From contig NC_043002.1 of assembly GCF_006345805.1 (NCBI RefSeq), positions 12,896,001-12,960,000 on the forward strand: a stretch of 64,000 nucleotides of DNA, given 5' to 3'. The notes under the pieces are model-generated. The model was not told the DNA's origin. It searched no databases and saw only the letters and a list, made by a program, of their open reading frames with translations. The stretch comes from Octopus sinensis. Lineage: Eukaryota. A program made the translations under genes and the position numbers. Of this stretch, positions 12,430 through 26,150 are shown in pieces (position 1 is the first letter of the stretch; every line of letters begins with the position of its first letter).

Positions 12430-12845
12430 TTTACTTCCATTACTCTTACTCTTTTACTCTGTGACCATGCTGAAGCACCACCTTTTAGTCGAGCAAATCG
12501 ACCCCAGGACTTATTCTTTGTAAGCCTAGTACTTATTCTATCGGTCTATTTTGCCGAACCGCTAAGTTACGGGGACGTAAACACACCAGCATCGGTTGTC
12601 AAGCGATGTTGGGGGGGGGGCACAAACACACAAACACACAAACATATATACACACACACATACATACATATATATATATATATACGACGGGCTCCTTTCA
12701 GTTTCCGTCTACTAAATCCACTCACAAGGCTTTGGTCGGCCCGAGGCTATAGTAGAAGACACTTGCCCAAGCTGCCACGCATTGGGACTGAACCCGGAAT
12801 CATGTGGTTCGTAAGCAAGCTACTTACAACACAGCCACTCCTACG
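12430..12845 (-). mobile_element. Family-2 SINE
   Basis: Similarity to 1651-2090. Confidence 0.85.
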
Positions 12846-13304
12846 CCCATTAAATATTTATTATTTGGAAAAGCCAAAATGCGCTGCAACCGTGTCAGTG
12901 ACCAGGTCGCAACTGGAGTGACGAAAATTTCGACACCAAATAATGAAAATGTTTAAGTGAAGTTAATAATTTGTGTGTGCTTTTGAACGGCTGATATGTG
13001 TCTTTGTTACTGTAATTATTCGATATTGTAACTATTACAGAAGCTCAGATTAAGCCGCTTACCAGACATGTTCATCTCCGAAATATCTTCATAGGTATTC
13101 TTGCGGTTTAGCCGACAGCATCATGTCCACCTAGTACTTGACTGGTACTTTATTTCCTCATTGGCCAATGCGGAATAGAACCGAAAAGGCGTAAGTATGT
13201 GAATGAAATATAGAAAAATAATTTGCAACACGCATTACTTGTATTTTACGTAAGGGATGCAGCACCAAGCTTGTCTGAAATTGCTATAGTGATGGACAAA
13301 TATT

Positions 13305-13875
13305 TACTCTTTTACCCTTATACTTGTTTCAGTCATTTGACTGCGGCCATGCTGGAGCACCGCCTTTAGTCGAGCAAATCGACCCCAGGATTTATTCTTT
13401 GTAAGCCTAGTACTTATTCTATCGGTCTATTTTACCGAACCGCTAAGTTACGTGGACGCAAACACACCAGCATCGGTTGTCAAGCGATGTTGCGGGGACA
13501 AACAGATACACAAGCATATGCACACACATACACATATATATATATATATATATACATATATACGACGGGCTTCTTTCAGTTTTCGCCTACAAAATCCACT
13601 CACAAGGCTTTGGTCGGCCCGAGGCTATAGTAGAAGACACTTGTGAAGGCGGTGAGCTGGCAGACACGTTAGCGCACCGGGCGGAATGCTTAGCGGTATT
13701 TCGTCTGTCGTTACGTTCTGAGTTCAAATTCGCCGAGGTCGACTTTGCCTTTCATCCTTTCGGGGCCGATAAATAAAAGTACCAGTTTCGCACTGGGGTC
13801 GATGTAATCGACTTAATCCGTTTGTTTGTCCTTGTTCGTCCTCTCTGTGTTTAGCCCCTTGCCCAAGCTGCCACG
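13305..13875 (-). mobile_element. Family-2 SINE interrupted by a CORE-type SINE
   Basis: Similarity to 1651-2090; the head continues after the insert (cccaagctgccacg). Confidence 0.8.
13646..13861 (+). mobile_element. CORE-type SINE nested in the head of a composite SINE
   Basis: GGCGGTGAGCTGGCAG... head inserted at gacacttg|cccaag; 3'-truncated with cttg microhomology. Confidence 0.8.
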
Positions 13876-14317
13876 CTGTGATAACATTTGGTAACGCAGT
13901 GAAACGAGTTGTCCGAGAATATTATCTCCATAAGTTTCCCTATAAGAAATATATTTGACACTTATAATGTTTATTCATTCATAAATTAAACAATAACGCT
14001 TGCAAATGTCTTCCTGACTTACGATTTCTAACACCATTGTGGATACGGTTATGATCTACGTATTTGTTGTAAAAATTTCCATACTCCATCGTTGATATCA
14101 AAACTTATTGTTGTGTGACAAGTTCTGGAGCTCACATTTCGGAACATTTTATTATGCGATAGAGCCGCCATGATTTTAATCAATGCGCTCTGCCAATTAG
14201 TAAAATTTCCAATGCTAAAACTATAATCTGTGTTCAAGGATGCACAAAAAATGCCAGCAACAGTAACAGAAAACAACCTCGAAAAGAAGTACAAATTGTA
14301 ACCGATATCGTTAACAG

Positions 14318-14550
14318 AAGGCGGCGAGCTAGCAGAATCGTTAGCACGTCGGGCGAAATGCTTAGCGGTATTTCGGCTGCCGTTACGTTGTGAGTTCAAA
14401 TTCCGCCGAGGTCGACTTTGCCTTTCATCCTTTCGGGGTCGATAAATTAAGTACCAGCTAAGCACTGGGGTCGATATTATCGACTTAATACCTATGTCTG
14501 TCCATGTTTGTCCCCTCTATGTTTAGCCCCTTGTGGGTAATAAAGAAATA
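14318..14550 (+). mobile_element. CORE-type SINE, full length
   Basis: 14-bp TSD gatatcgttaacag (14304-14317, 14551-14564). Confidence 0.88.
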
Positions 14551-16132
14551 GATATCGTTAACAGGGTAAGGTCATCTGTCATGCGTAGATACTTCGAAAT
14601 AAAAAAAATAGCCTACGTCTATTGGTATACGTGTTATTCTGCTGCTCATTCAGTGCCAAGAGATAATTAATAACGATGTGACATAAGCTTCTTGACCCTT
14701 TGTGTTGCGCCGTTGCATTGTTGTTGCAGATGTGTTTTAATTTGGGAAGCCATACTACAGGGGATCCCATTTTAACTGAATCGCTATTGCAGAAAATCTG
14801 AGGTTTCTAAAGGACTTTTTAAATTCTTAAGTATAATGAATTACAATTTCCCGATTCTCTCCAATGCTATATAACAGAGTATCTCAACCATTATTTACTT
14901 ATACACTCCTTTGGTTCCTGTTTTACTCGATGGAGCCCCCAAAGTGATTCGATGTTTAAAAAATCCAATTCTATTTTTAGATTTACATATTATTAGATAT
15001 TGTATGAAAAAATTGCTAAAATATTTTGCGTATTGTAGAAGTGTACCAAATTTATGTCAAGTAAATTTTAACAAAAATCTTACAGGGATCCCCAAGGGCC
15101 ATATGAATCCCGGTTGAGAAGACCTGCTTTACAGCTACAGCAACTTCTTTGAAGTTCCTATAATAACTGTTAGAAGGTGCTGATACACACAGTGTCTGTA
15201 TCTGATGAAGAATAACGACACAGAAAGACGCAGCTTACAATCGGATGCGGTCCTTAATAGCCCAGCTCGTTGTTTTCCGCACACATAACCTGTAAGAAAT
15301 TCTTTTCTAAAGCAGTTTCTTCAAATAAGGTTTATCCACGAAACTACAAGAACGCGTTAAATATAATTATACACAGCTTTATTTTGGTCAAATGTATATA
15401 CCATTTCGCCTAGTTAAATATTATCAACTGTTCGACCTTTGTTTAAGCTTTTCTACCCCAACTCATACTCGTGGACTTATCGTCACTTTTCTTGAATGTC
15501 CAATAGCTGTTTTCAAAATCATAAAAAAGATCAGTCGCCTTAAAGTTGCAGTTTTAGCCCATACTACTACAGCCTCAATTTAACAGAGACGCACTGCATG
15601 ATAAAACGATAGAATTCGGTTTTTCAAAAAATGTTTGGAATGTTGACCCTAAAAGTTTTACTAAATACGTCTACATACTGCTACATAGTTAATATATACT
15701 GAGAAATCAAGTGGGATTTTTTTGTGACTACGTTGGTCCAGAAGATCTAAATGCTGTAAAATCTGGGTAAGTATGTCAAAATGGTAAGAAGGAGAAAATT
15801 ACTCGATAAAATTCTAACTCCAACCAACTGTTTTCTAAAGACTGATGCTGCCGAACAAAATACGATTGGTCTCTTTCGTTGCTGGTCGACAGCATTTCAG
15901 AGACAGCAACTTAACTACTTCTGCAGTTCCTCGGTTGTTTCTAGAGTAAGTGCCTAGCTCCAAATGCCTCTAACAATTTTCCACTCAAGGATACGCTAAG
16001 AAGGAAAGACAAATCGATACGTTCGTACCTTTGACGGAGCGGCAAGGGTTGCCAGGTAATTGTTTATTATAACAATGCATATCTGCCTTAAGGTTCTTCT
16101 CTATGGACACTTCGTTGAGTGAACTCTATTAG

Positions 16133-16545
16133 AATTTACTCTTTTACTTGTTTCAGTCATTTGACTGCGGCCATGATGGAGCAACGCCTTTAGTCGAGCA
16201 AATCGACCGACCACACTACTTATTCTTTGTAAGCCTAGTACTTATTCTATTGGTCTCTTTTGCCGAACGGCTAAGTTACGGGGACGTAAACACACCAGCA
16301 TCGGTTGTCAAGCGATGTTGTGGGGACAAATACAGACATACAAAAAGACACACACACAAACATATATATATACATAAACATATATACGACGGGCTTCTTT
16401 CAGTTTCCGTCTACCAAATCCACTCCCAAGGATTTGGTCGACCCGAGGCTATACTAGAAGACACTTGCCCAAGATGCCACGCAGTGTGACTGAACACGGA
16501 ACCATGTTGTTGGTAAGCAAGCTACTTACCACACAACCACATTCC
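16133..16545 (-). mobile_element. Family-2 SINE
   Basis: Similarity to 1651-2090. Confidence 0.85.
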
Positions 16546-16894
16546 CAATAAACTACACCCATATCCCAAGACTGCTGGATTTTTTTATTATCGTGAGCAT
16601 TTTTTGGTGTAGAGCCAGTTTCAATCGCTCATCCTTCAAACATGTATTGGTCGGGTGCAATAAGTGCCATGAGACAGCAGTTATGACGATGCAGAATTTT
16701 ATAGAATTACCTTCTCAATGAAGGGCACAGCTAAAAACCTGAAGAGTACCATCAGCGCTTGGTTCCGTTGTGGTAACTGTGAGTGATCTTCTGGAGACAT
16801 AATATACCGTAAAATGTTTATATATTTGAATTTCTATATAGTCTGCTCACTCTATTGATAAATAAATAAATCAATAAGCTAAAAAAGACAAAAC

Positions 16895-17027
16895 AATGGT
16901 TGTTATTTTAAGAAAACTTTTATTCTTTTACAAATTTGCAATTCTAATGATCATTAGTTTTTTGAAAGTTGTATTGATTCACGAAAACAACGCCAGGATT
17001 GATAATTACTGTGGCGGGAAGCTATTT
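16895..17027 (-). other. Gene B terminal exon 3 (supplies AA of the split TAA stop; rest is 3' UTR)
   Basis: Acceptor tttttctattgcag|AAAT. AATAAA at 16924-16919, then a U/GU-rich tract. Aligns with 45197-45065 and 41763-41635. 3' end approximate. Confidence 0.72.
16919..16924 (-). terminator. Polyadenylation signal of gene B
   Basis: AATAAA at a position conserved in the three exon-3 copies. Confidence 0.62.
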
Positions 17028-17297
17028 CTGCAATAGAAAAACATGAAATAATTCAATTAATTCATACGAAAAATGTAAGGAAAATCGGGTTTAGTAAATA
17101 TATAAGATATATTGCTTGCAGACGCATTCGTAACTGTGTGGTAAGAAGGTTACTCAAAAGCCACATAGTTCTGGATTTAGTCAAGAGCAAGTGTCTTCTA
17201 GTACAGCTTCTAACCGACCAAAACCTTGAGTGGATTTGATAGACGGAAGCTGAAAGAAGCCTGTCGTCTACACACACACACACACACATATATATAT

Positions 17298-17340
<43 letters not shown>

Positions 17341-17442
17341 TAATAATAATAGTAATAATATGAGGGAATATTATTCCAAACTTAAAGGGAAAAATTTAAT
17401 TTAGAAATAGTAAATCAAATTTCACAAAATATAATATATATA

Positions 17443-17630
17443 ATATAAATTAGAAAAAAATCCCCTTTTATCAATTCAATAATGAAAAATTAAATTATAC
17501 CATCTAGAAACTTACATATTATAGAAAGATTAAATATATTTAATCTTTCTATAATATGTAATTGTCTAGATAGTATAATTTAAGTTTTCATTATTGAATT
17601 GATAAAAGGTGTTTTTTTTCTAATTTTTAT
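17443..17630. repeat. 188-bp AT-rich spacerless palindrome
   Basis: Centre at 17536/17537; perfect over 17512-17561, a few mismatches and no indels beyond. Confidence 0.92.
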
Positions 17631-17666
17631 ATATATACACACACGCACACACACACATATATATAT

Positions 17667-17898
17667 CTTTACTCTTTTACTCTTTTACTTGTTTCAGTCA
17701 TTTGACTGCGGCCATGCTGGAGCACCACCTTTAATCGAGCAACTCGACCCCAGAACTTATTCTTTGTAAGCCCAGTACTTATTCTATCGGTCTCTTTTGC
17801 CGAACCTATAAGTGACGGGGACATAAACACACCAGCATCGGTTGTCAAGCAAAGCTAGGGGGACAAACACAGACACTCAAACACACACACAACCACAC

Positions 17899-17946
<48 letters not shown>

Positions 17947-18106
17947 TACGACGGGCTTCTTTCAGTTTCCGTCTACCAAATCCACTCACAAGACTTTGGT
18001 CGGCCCGAGGCTATAGTAGAAGACACCTGCCTAAGGTGCCACGCAGTGGGACTGAACCCAGAACCATGTGGTTGGTAAACAAGCTACTTACCACACAGCC
18101 ACTCCT
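17667..18106 (-). mobile_element. Family-2 SINE (gene B intron 2)
   Basis: Similarity to 1651-2090; inverted relative to the copy at 18494-18925. Confidence 0.85.
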
Positions 18107-18493
18107 GTATATATCGTTGCTAATATGCAAAAGTGTCGCAAGTTCAAAACATTACTTTTTCAGAAAACGAAGAAATAGTTTCACCATTCAATTTCTTTTT
18201 ACATCAGCAAAAGTTTCATCTTAAAAATAATACATTTTTGGCCGCATAAAATCGTTACTCCATGCATGTATGATATTTTCAGTAAGAAATATTTTTGCAA
18301 AACTGTCGTATGTGGAACTTACTACACTTTTGATAAATACTTAACCGCTGTACTGCACTTTGACAATTTTCATATATTAGAAGCAAAATGAAATATTGAA
18401 AAAAAAAATAAACAAAAAAACGCATCTGGCCAAATTTGGACATACGACAGTTTAACATAATTGCAAAGAAAAAAAAAATATATATATTATATA

Positions 18494-18925
18494 TAGGCGC
18501 AGGAGTGGCTGTGTGGTAAGTAGCTTGCTAACCAACCACATGGTTCCGGGTTCAGTCCACTGCGTGGCACCTTGGCCAAGTCTTCTGCTATAACCTCGGG
18601 CCGACCAAGCCTTGTGAGTGGATTTGGTAGACGGAAACTTAAAGAAGCCCGTCGTATATATGTATATATATATATATATATAAATATAGATATATATATA
18701 CATATATATACGCGTGTGTATGTCTGTGTTTGTCCCCCTAGCATTACTTGACAACCGATGTGGTGTGTTATTTTCCCGTTACTTAGCGGTTCGGCAAAAA
18801 GAGACCGATAGAATAAGTACTGGGCTTACAAAAAGAAAAGTCCGGGGTCGAGTTGCTCGATTAAAGGCGGTGCTCCAGCATGGCCGCAGTCAAATGACTG
18901 AAACAATTAAAAGAGAAAAAGAAAG
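18494..18925 (+). mobile_element. Family-2 SINE (gene B intron 2)
   Basis: Similarity to 1651-2090. Further partial copies at about 17105-17290, 19100-19390, 19699-19865, 20160-20260, 26183-26330, 31311-31555 and 40255-40600. Confidence 0.85.
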
Positions 18926-18961
18926 AGAGTATATACATACATACATACATACATACATACA

Positions 18962-18996
<35 letters not shown>

Positions 18997-19886
18997 GTAT
19001 GTATAATTGGTAAAAGAAGCCAACAAATCTAAAGGCAAGGCAAACATCTCGAGTCATATACATTCATATTATTGGAAAATATATATATTCTTTTATTGTT
19101 TTATTCTTTTACTTGTTTCAGCCATTTGACTGCGGCCATGCTGGAGCACTGCTTTTAGTCGAGCAAATCGAGCCCAGGACTTATTCTTCGTAAGCCTAGA
19201 ACTTATTCTATCGATCAGTTTTGCCGAACCACTATATTATGGGGGACGTAAACACACCGCCATCTCTTATCAATCGATATTGGGAGAGGGGAGAAACACA
19301 GACACACAAAGATATGCACACATAGATACATATATACAAATATATGTATATGCGACGGGCTTCTTTCAGTTTCCGTTTACCAAATCCACATGAATATATT
19401 TAACGATTCCGTACTATTAATGCTTACCACTCGCTCAGAGATTTAATATAGTCTGGATATATATATGTGTGCGTGTGTGCGTGTGTGCATATTTGCACGC
19501 GTGCACGCACGCATTTTTCTGTTTGCATTCCTCCTCACCGCAACATAACCAAATTTTACATCTGCGGCTGGGCCAAAGGGAACGATAGAAAAATTACAAA
19601 ACTTTGAAAAATCAAATACAGTGTTCAGTGTTCGACTAACACCTTTCAAGGTGCTGCCCCAGTATGGCCATAGTGAAATATGTAAAACATGTAAAATATA
19701 GGCGTAGGAGTGGCTGTGTGGTAAGTAGCTTGCTTAGAACCACATGGTCCCGGGTTCTGTCTCACTGCGTGGAATCTTGGGCAATTGCTTCTACTATAGC
19801 CTCGGGCCGACACAAATCCTTGTGAGTGGATTTGGTAGACGGAAACTGAAAGAAGCCCGTCGTATATATGTATATATATATATGCA

Positions 19887-19979
<93 letters not shown>

Positions 19980-20379
19980 CAATAATTGCATATATAGGTA
20001 AAGAATTATTAATTTAATGATTAATAAATTTTACCAAGTACTTTCAGTGTCGAAAAGAACCATATTCGGTAAAAACTTATACAAGAAATTATAACAATAA
20101 TTAAGGGTTTAGCAACAAGTTGCTTCACCACATAAATTTTTGGTATGTGGTGAAGCAACTGTGTTTGTCACCCCACCAACATCGCTTGACAACCGATGCT
20201 GGTGTGTTTACGTCCCTGTAACTTAGCGGTTCGGCAAAAGAGCCCGATAGAATAAGTAACTTTAAACGATTAAAAATTAAAAATGACTATCATATAGATG
20301 AGATTTGAAATGAATTCATTGCCAAAATCAATGTTTAACACGAGGGAAATGCATCCCACACCAGAGTAATACCTTTGCG

Positions 20380-20700
20380 TGATTCCGCTCACTTGGTGCC
20401 AGTTACTCCCAGCTTTCTCTCAATATGCTTCCAACTTTTTTCTGAATTTTTCACGTGACCGGTACCTCTTCCCCAACCTGATCTTACTGTTGAGGTGGTA
20501 ACTAAAAAAGTTGACCAACTCTGGGACCAGATACGAATGTACCCGTTACAATCCCTTTCAACCGCGCCTTCCATAATATTTCTTTCAATATGGCCACCAC
20601 GCAGAAAAAATAGGTCTTCCTCTCCTCGCTAAGGGAAGGAGGCAGCACAATCTCGATGATGGACTCAGCTGATAGTTGTACTCTACCCTAACGGTTTTCC
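20380..20700 (-). mobile_element. Tx1/L1-clade 3' fragment
   Basis: Reads ...YFFCVVAILKEILWKARLKG..., resembling Tx1 ORF2 C-termini. Confidence 0.55.
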
Positions 20701-20799
20701 ATTACTATGCCCACCAGAAACCTAGAAAATTCCATAACGCGTTATTTTAGAAACTCCACTGCTAGAGAAAGATATAGAATGAATTATAAAATTACTTAC

Positions 20800-20979
20800 A
20801 TTGGAATTTACAATCTGCCTCAGCTTCCGTGGTGCATCTCTGCTTATAGACGCTAAAGAAAAGACCAGCTTGGCATGCCATTGAAGGATATGAGGTTTTA
20901 TTGTAGCAAGGAATGAACCGGTGGCAACTATTAGGGTCACGGTTAAGTCCATTTGGGCGTCGGTTGCAGAGAGGATCAT
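20800..20979 (-). CDS. Gene B exon 2: CBM14 domain 2
   Basis: ttttag|ATGAT acceptor and CAAT|gtaagt donor; 180 nt, phase 1-1. DPLCNRRPNG...ADCKFQ with Cys spacing CX13CX5CX10CX12CX7C. Confidence 0.9.
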
Positions 20980-21095
20980 CTAAAATCAAAAAATTCATAC
21001 AAGATTTCAATAAGTGCTCCAGAACCATTTATTTTATATATTTCTTGTGCTTGTCACACTCAGTCTTATTCAAGAACAATGCGCACATATAGAAA

Positions 21096-21126
<31 letters not shown>

Positions 21127-21127
21127 T

Positions 21128-21204
<77 letters not shown>

Positions 21205-21225
21205 TAGATAGATAGATAGATATAG

Positions 21226-21275
<50 letters not shown>

Positions 21276-21953
21276 TAATCAAAATAAACAACAGGATATC
21301 AGGTGGTGATGTAGTACGACCGTTTCAAGCGACTCTATTTAATTGAACATTGCAATTATTACATCAATTCAAATGCAGTGTCATCTTCAGCTGTAAAAAT
21401 GAATAAATAGAATTTCAACCTGTAGGACACATTAATATAATTTTTCTGAAATATTTTAACAAAGCAAGGAGATTGAAGAAATTCATGTCGCTATTGTAGC
21501 TATGAATAGACTACACATCTTAGAATCGCATGAAGCCTATTGGAGTCATAGTGTTGTAAGGGATTTTTATTCATTTCTAATTCATTTATCTCATTATGAA
21601 CTACTAAATCTAAGACTAGAAGACTGTGTTTATTTTGAATTAAAGACAAGAGTGAGTTGACAGATCATGGCTAGGTATGATTATAAATATTATCATATGT
21701 ATTCCTTTTACTCAGGGAGGAAAAAAGATATAGGAATAGTCAATTGGATATAAGTAACTGTCTATAAAAAGAGGCTGTGTAGGGGAGGAATTTAAATCAT
21801 GATGTTAAACACTAAGAAACCTAAAATGTTAATTCAGAGGAAATTCCATTTTGGGGCATTATGGGTGTTTGTTATAAAGAATATTGTTATGCTGTATAAA
21901 AATAAAACATTTCCAAAAATGATATCGCAACCAAAATGGGTAAAACACGTGTA

Positions 21954-22512
21954 CACTTGTTCGGAAATTAATTAGCACTTCTCAAATTTCTACATTTCGT
22001 ACATTTCTTAATTTAATTAACTTATTATCAGAAACGAACTCGTTTTAATCAAAAATTATATAAAAACATATCCCAGCATACCACATAATTGTTATTAATC
22101 GTGAAATTAGTCAATATTGTTGCTCCTCCTTTGGCAGCAATGACAGCTGCTACGCGGGTCGGCATGCTGTCTATGAGTGCCTGCAGGTACTGTGCAGGGA
22201 TGGCCCCTCATGCAGCAAGAAGTGCCCAAAACAGCTCGTGTCGATTCCTGTATTGCTGCACATTCAAATCCCTACCCAATCGCTCCAGAGGTTCTCAATA
22301 GGGTTCAGGTCAGGTGACTGGCCAGCACGTACTCCTCGCCACCAAAGAGGTATCCCGTACTATCTCAACGTACTTTGCTGCGTTGATGTTGCCTTCGACG
22401 GATAGAGCCGCCCAACACCACTGTAGCTGAACGCCCCTCACACCATCAGACCACCCCCACCATGCTTCATGGTGAGCAAATCAAGGGTGCTAATTAATTT
22501 CTGACAGTAGTG
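21954..22512 (-). mobile_element. Internally deleted Tc1 element
   Basis: TIRs containing GAAATTAATTAGCAC, flanked by TA; transposase remnants. Confidence 0.8.
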
Positions 22513-23049
22513 TATATATCAATTATAAACATTAAAAAGGAAAGGTTACATAGAAACAGTTCAGTATTCATTCTTGTACTTAATTACTTATTTCATGGTT
22601 TCTATAAAGACTGTTCCGGGCATTTACTTATGGAATAACTGGAAAGATATACATGCTATCTACTAATTTTAAGCCATAAATTAGCAAAAAGTAAAGTTGC
22701 ATACAGATACACACACATTTGTATATGTGCATATATGCATATATACACATACACAAATATTTATATGTTTATATGGATATAATATAACCATCTGGCATAG
22801 ACTTAAGCAACTGAAGAATATCTAAGAACAAGAAAAGTAACAATTTTATAAGAGATAAGAGGTTAATAAGTAAGGATATGGAAATAAAACAAAATAATAA
22901 GAATTTATAGAAAATAATCAGAAATACATATAACCTACATTTAAGAAGACAGGGGATTAAAACTTGAAGTAGGAAAGAGATAAAGGTAACCCGAGAAGAG
23001 GGGTTAATGGGTATGGAAGTAGTGAGGGCAATTAAAGGTATTCAGACCG

Positions 23050-23950
23050 AAGAGATTTTATAAGTTGTAATGTAAGTGTATGCCTTCTGTTCTCTCTACG
23101 CCGTCCGCCACACTACCTCTTTCGCCACAGCCACACGGCAGAGGAAAGCTACCTGTCCTTCCCAGCTAACAGAAGGTGGCGCTGCGATCTTCTAGATGGA
23201 ATCGGCCGATAACCAGATGCGTCCTACACGCGTCAACAGTTGTCGGCAAAGCTCCACAAGTCATTAATGCCCGGATAATACATGAATGTATGCAGAACGG
23301 TTTCATCGCCCTACGCCACCTCGGACAGGTTTGTGTGAAAGTACTTCCGCGCCAGTAAAGCTTTTTTCGAACTGGCCCTGCAGCCACCCCCGCCGGTAGT
23401 GCTACCAAGCTAGAGATTTCTGGAAATTACCCATAGGCCCCGACTTCTCCTGGTTAACATTTACACCTTTCAATGCTTTGCATTCCCTTAAGATAGTGCC
23501 GATCAATTCGATTTCCAAGATGTCCTACACTCGGCATCCTAGTTCACGTGGGATGCCACTCGAAACATCCAACTTTTGTAGTAATGGGTCGAGATTCAGC
23601 ACGTACAGAAGAGGTGAGAGTGGGCATCCTTGACGGATCGATCGAACGATTCTAAACGATTCCGATAAGTGGCCATTCACTTTGACTATCGAACAGTACA
23701 TTGCAATGATCCAGCATCTGAAAACGGGACGGAAGCCGACTGCCTCACCGACAGTATCCAGGTATTGACGATAAACGCAGTCAAAAGCTTTTGATTGATC
23801 CAAATTGAAGAGCGTCCCACCTATGCCAAGTTCCTTATCGACTTTCACTATGATGTAACGTTTGAGGTGGAGGTTGCAGTGGATAGATCTGTTTGGGATA
23901 GCGCATGTTTGCGTGTCACTGACCAGTTTATAGACGACAGGCACCAACCA
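23050..23950 (-). mobile_element. Tx1/L1-clade LINE fragment
   Basis: LDQSKAFD and IRQGCPLSPLLYVL RT motifs; C-terminal DETVLH-like motif. Confidence 0.8.
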
Positions 23951-24027
23951 CTTTGCTATTATTATTTATTCTTTTATTCTTTTACTTCTTTCAGTCATTT
24001 GACTGTGGCCATGCTGGAGCACCGCTT

Positions 24028-24068
24028 TTTAATAATAATAATAATAATAATAACAATGATAATGATAA

Positions 24069-24112
<44 letters not shown>

Positions 24113-24201
24113 GATAAGATAATGATAATAATAATAATAATAATAATATAATAATAATAATAATGATAATGATAATAATAATATAATAATAACAATAATA
24201 T

Positions 24202-24282
<81 letters not shown>

Positions 24283-24290
24283 AATATAAA

Positions 24291-24345
<55 letters not shown>

Positions 24346-24398
24346 TAACAATAATAATGATAATGATAATAATAATAATAAACAATATAATAATAATT

Positions 24399-24429
<31 letters not shown>

Positions 24430-24622
24430 TAATAATAATATAATAACAATAATAATGATAATGATAATAATAATAATATAATAATATATATAATAATAAT
24501 GATAATAATAATAATGATAATAATAATAATAATAATAATATAATAATAATAATAATAATAATAATAAAATAATAATAATAACAATGATAATAATAATAAT
24601 AATGATAATAATAATAATAATA
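24028..24622. repeat. ~600-bp degenerate (AAT/GAT)n microsatellite
   Basis: Direct inspection. Confidence 0.95.
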
Positions 24623-25170
24623 ATGCCCTGATGCAGTACCAGGCAGTGGCCCTCATGGCTTCTGATCTAAATGATTGGAAGTGTTATCATGTACATTGTT
24701 TTGTCTTGGTATAAAAGATGGGCTACAGCAAATATTTGCTCAATACCACATATTTGCTTGTCAGTTGTTTGACCGTAACCAGTTGAGATTGTCCCTTAGT
24801 GGCTGACGATATGTGCATCTCTGATCACGAGTAGAAGTCGTGGGGGAGATCATAGCCATGTTGAGAGGCATTCTTTGGGGTTTGAATAATTACCTCTGGA
24901 AACATGGGTGGTTCTTTCAACATCCTTAAACAACCCTTATTCAGGACCTTTTGAGCGGGATGGCTTACTCAACCTGAAGAAATTTCTAACTGGGCCCCCA
25001 CCTGCAAGGTCATGTGCTGTTATCTGATATGAGATCACCATGTCGCGCACATATGGTTGTGATGCATGTGCCTGGTGTACCCTTATCAGACGGGTAGTCA
25101 TGATGAGTATACTGGGCTTCGTATATTTTATCCCAGTGTCTCTTTGATGGTATGCACTGCTCTCTCACTC
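24623..25170 (+). mobile_element. (AAT)n-associated repeat, full copy
   Basis: Similarity to 4788-5300. Confidence 0.8.
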
Positions 25171-25189
25171 AATAATAATTATGTTAATT

Positions 25190-25688
25190 GAGAAATAAGG
25201 CAAACGATGCTGAACCATAGATATAATATGGCCAGCCGACAAGGTATGCAATAAGGAAGAAAGAAAAGTCGATAGACATGAGAGGTTAGCATGGGTGGTT
25301 CAGCAGTTGTGGTCGCTGAAAAAGGTGGTAGTGGTGCCAATAATTGTCGGAGCCCTGGGAACAGTGAATAAAAATCTTGAGAACAAATAGGGGTTGCAAT
25401 AAGGGTGGAGCATTTGCAGAAAACAGAGCTGATTGGAACCGCTCGAAATACTCAGGAAGGAGCTCGAAAAATAAGGGGCGTTACCTTAATTCACTGGTAG
25501 TGGACAGCTGACACCGTAGTACATCTCTAGCGTTAGAAGTTGTACAAAAGCAATCAATAATAATAATAATAATAATGATGATGAAGATGATGATGATGAT
25601 GATGATGGTGACAATGATGATGATGATGGTGATGATGATGAAGATGATCATGATGATCATGATGATCATGATAATAATAATAATAATG

Positions 25689-25742
<54 letters not shown>

Positions 25743-26150
25743 TAGTTGTCAGAGATCTTGAAGAAAAAAAATGCTTTCTAATTGATGTATCAATACCGGC
25801 TGATGACAACTTGTCTCTAAAAGAAATGGAGGAGAAACTCTCAAAAACAAAGACCTGGAAATAGAGATAACTAGAATGGGAACCTGAAAACAGAAACAAT
25901 TCCTATCATAGTAGGTGCATTAGGCATGATAAAAAAATATTCAGACAAATACATAACAAAAATACCAGGACTTACAAAACACATATAACATACAGAAAAT
26001 TGCACTACTAGGCACTGCACACATCCTACGCAGAACACTTTCCATACAATAACCATCAGAGCATCACAACAAATCACAGCACATACCCAAGGCACAAAGA
26101 GCTGCGCTCGGTAGTGAAGTGAAAGCACGCTATAAAAATAAAACTACTGA
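25190..26150 (+). mobile_element. Two R4/Dong 3' fragments of different lineages, separated by (AAT/GAT)n
   Basis: 25190-25555 (VVVPIIVGALGTV; 3' UTR matches about 53500-53625). 25740-26150 matches 62980-63388. Confidence 0.75.

Noticed and set aside
15130-15290. Candidate third coding exon of gene B (ttcttacag|GTTATGTGTGC...)
   Set aside because: No homologue in gene C; the Cys-containing frame has a stop; it lies beyond the poly(A) signal of the conserved exon 3.
19520-19575. Candidate small exon (cccag|CCGCAGATGT...GCG|gtgagg)
   Set aside because: No paralogous counterpart and no domain signature.
20762-20799. 38-nt micro-intron after gene B exon 2
   Set aside because: Too short for a typical spliceosomal intron and not conserved in gene C.
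21301-21395. Additional hammerhead-like motif (CTGAAGA...GAAACGGTC, minus strand)
   Set aside because: Core nucleotides are present but stem I cannot be formed convincingly.
23991-24656. Long low-complexity ORFs (poly-I/L/Y/N), and similar ORFs at 40450-40969, 47334-47828, 50125-50549, 56967-57464
   Set aside because: Translations of microsatellites.
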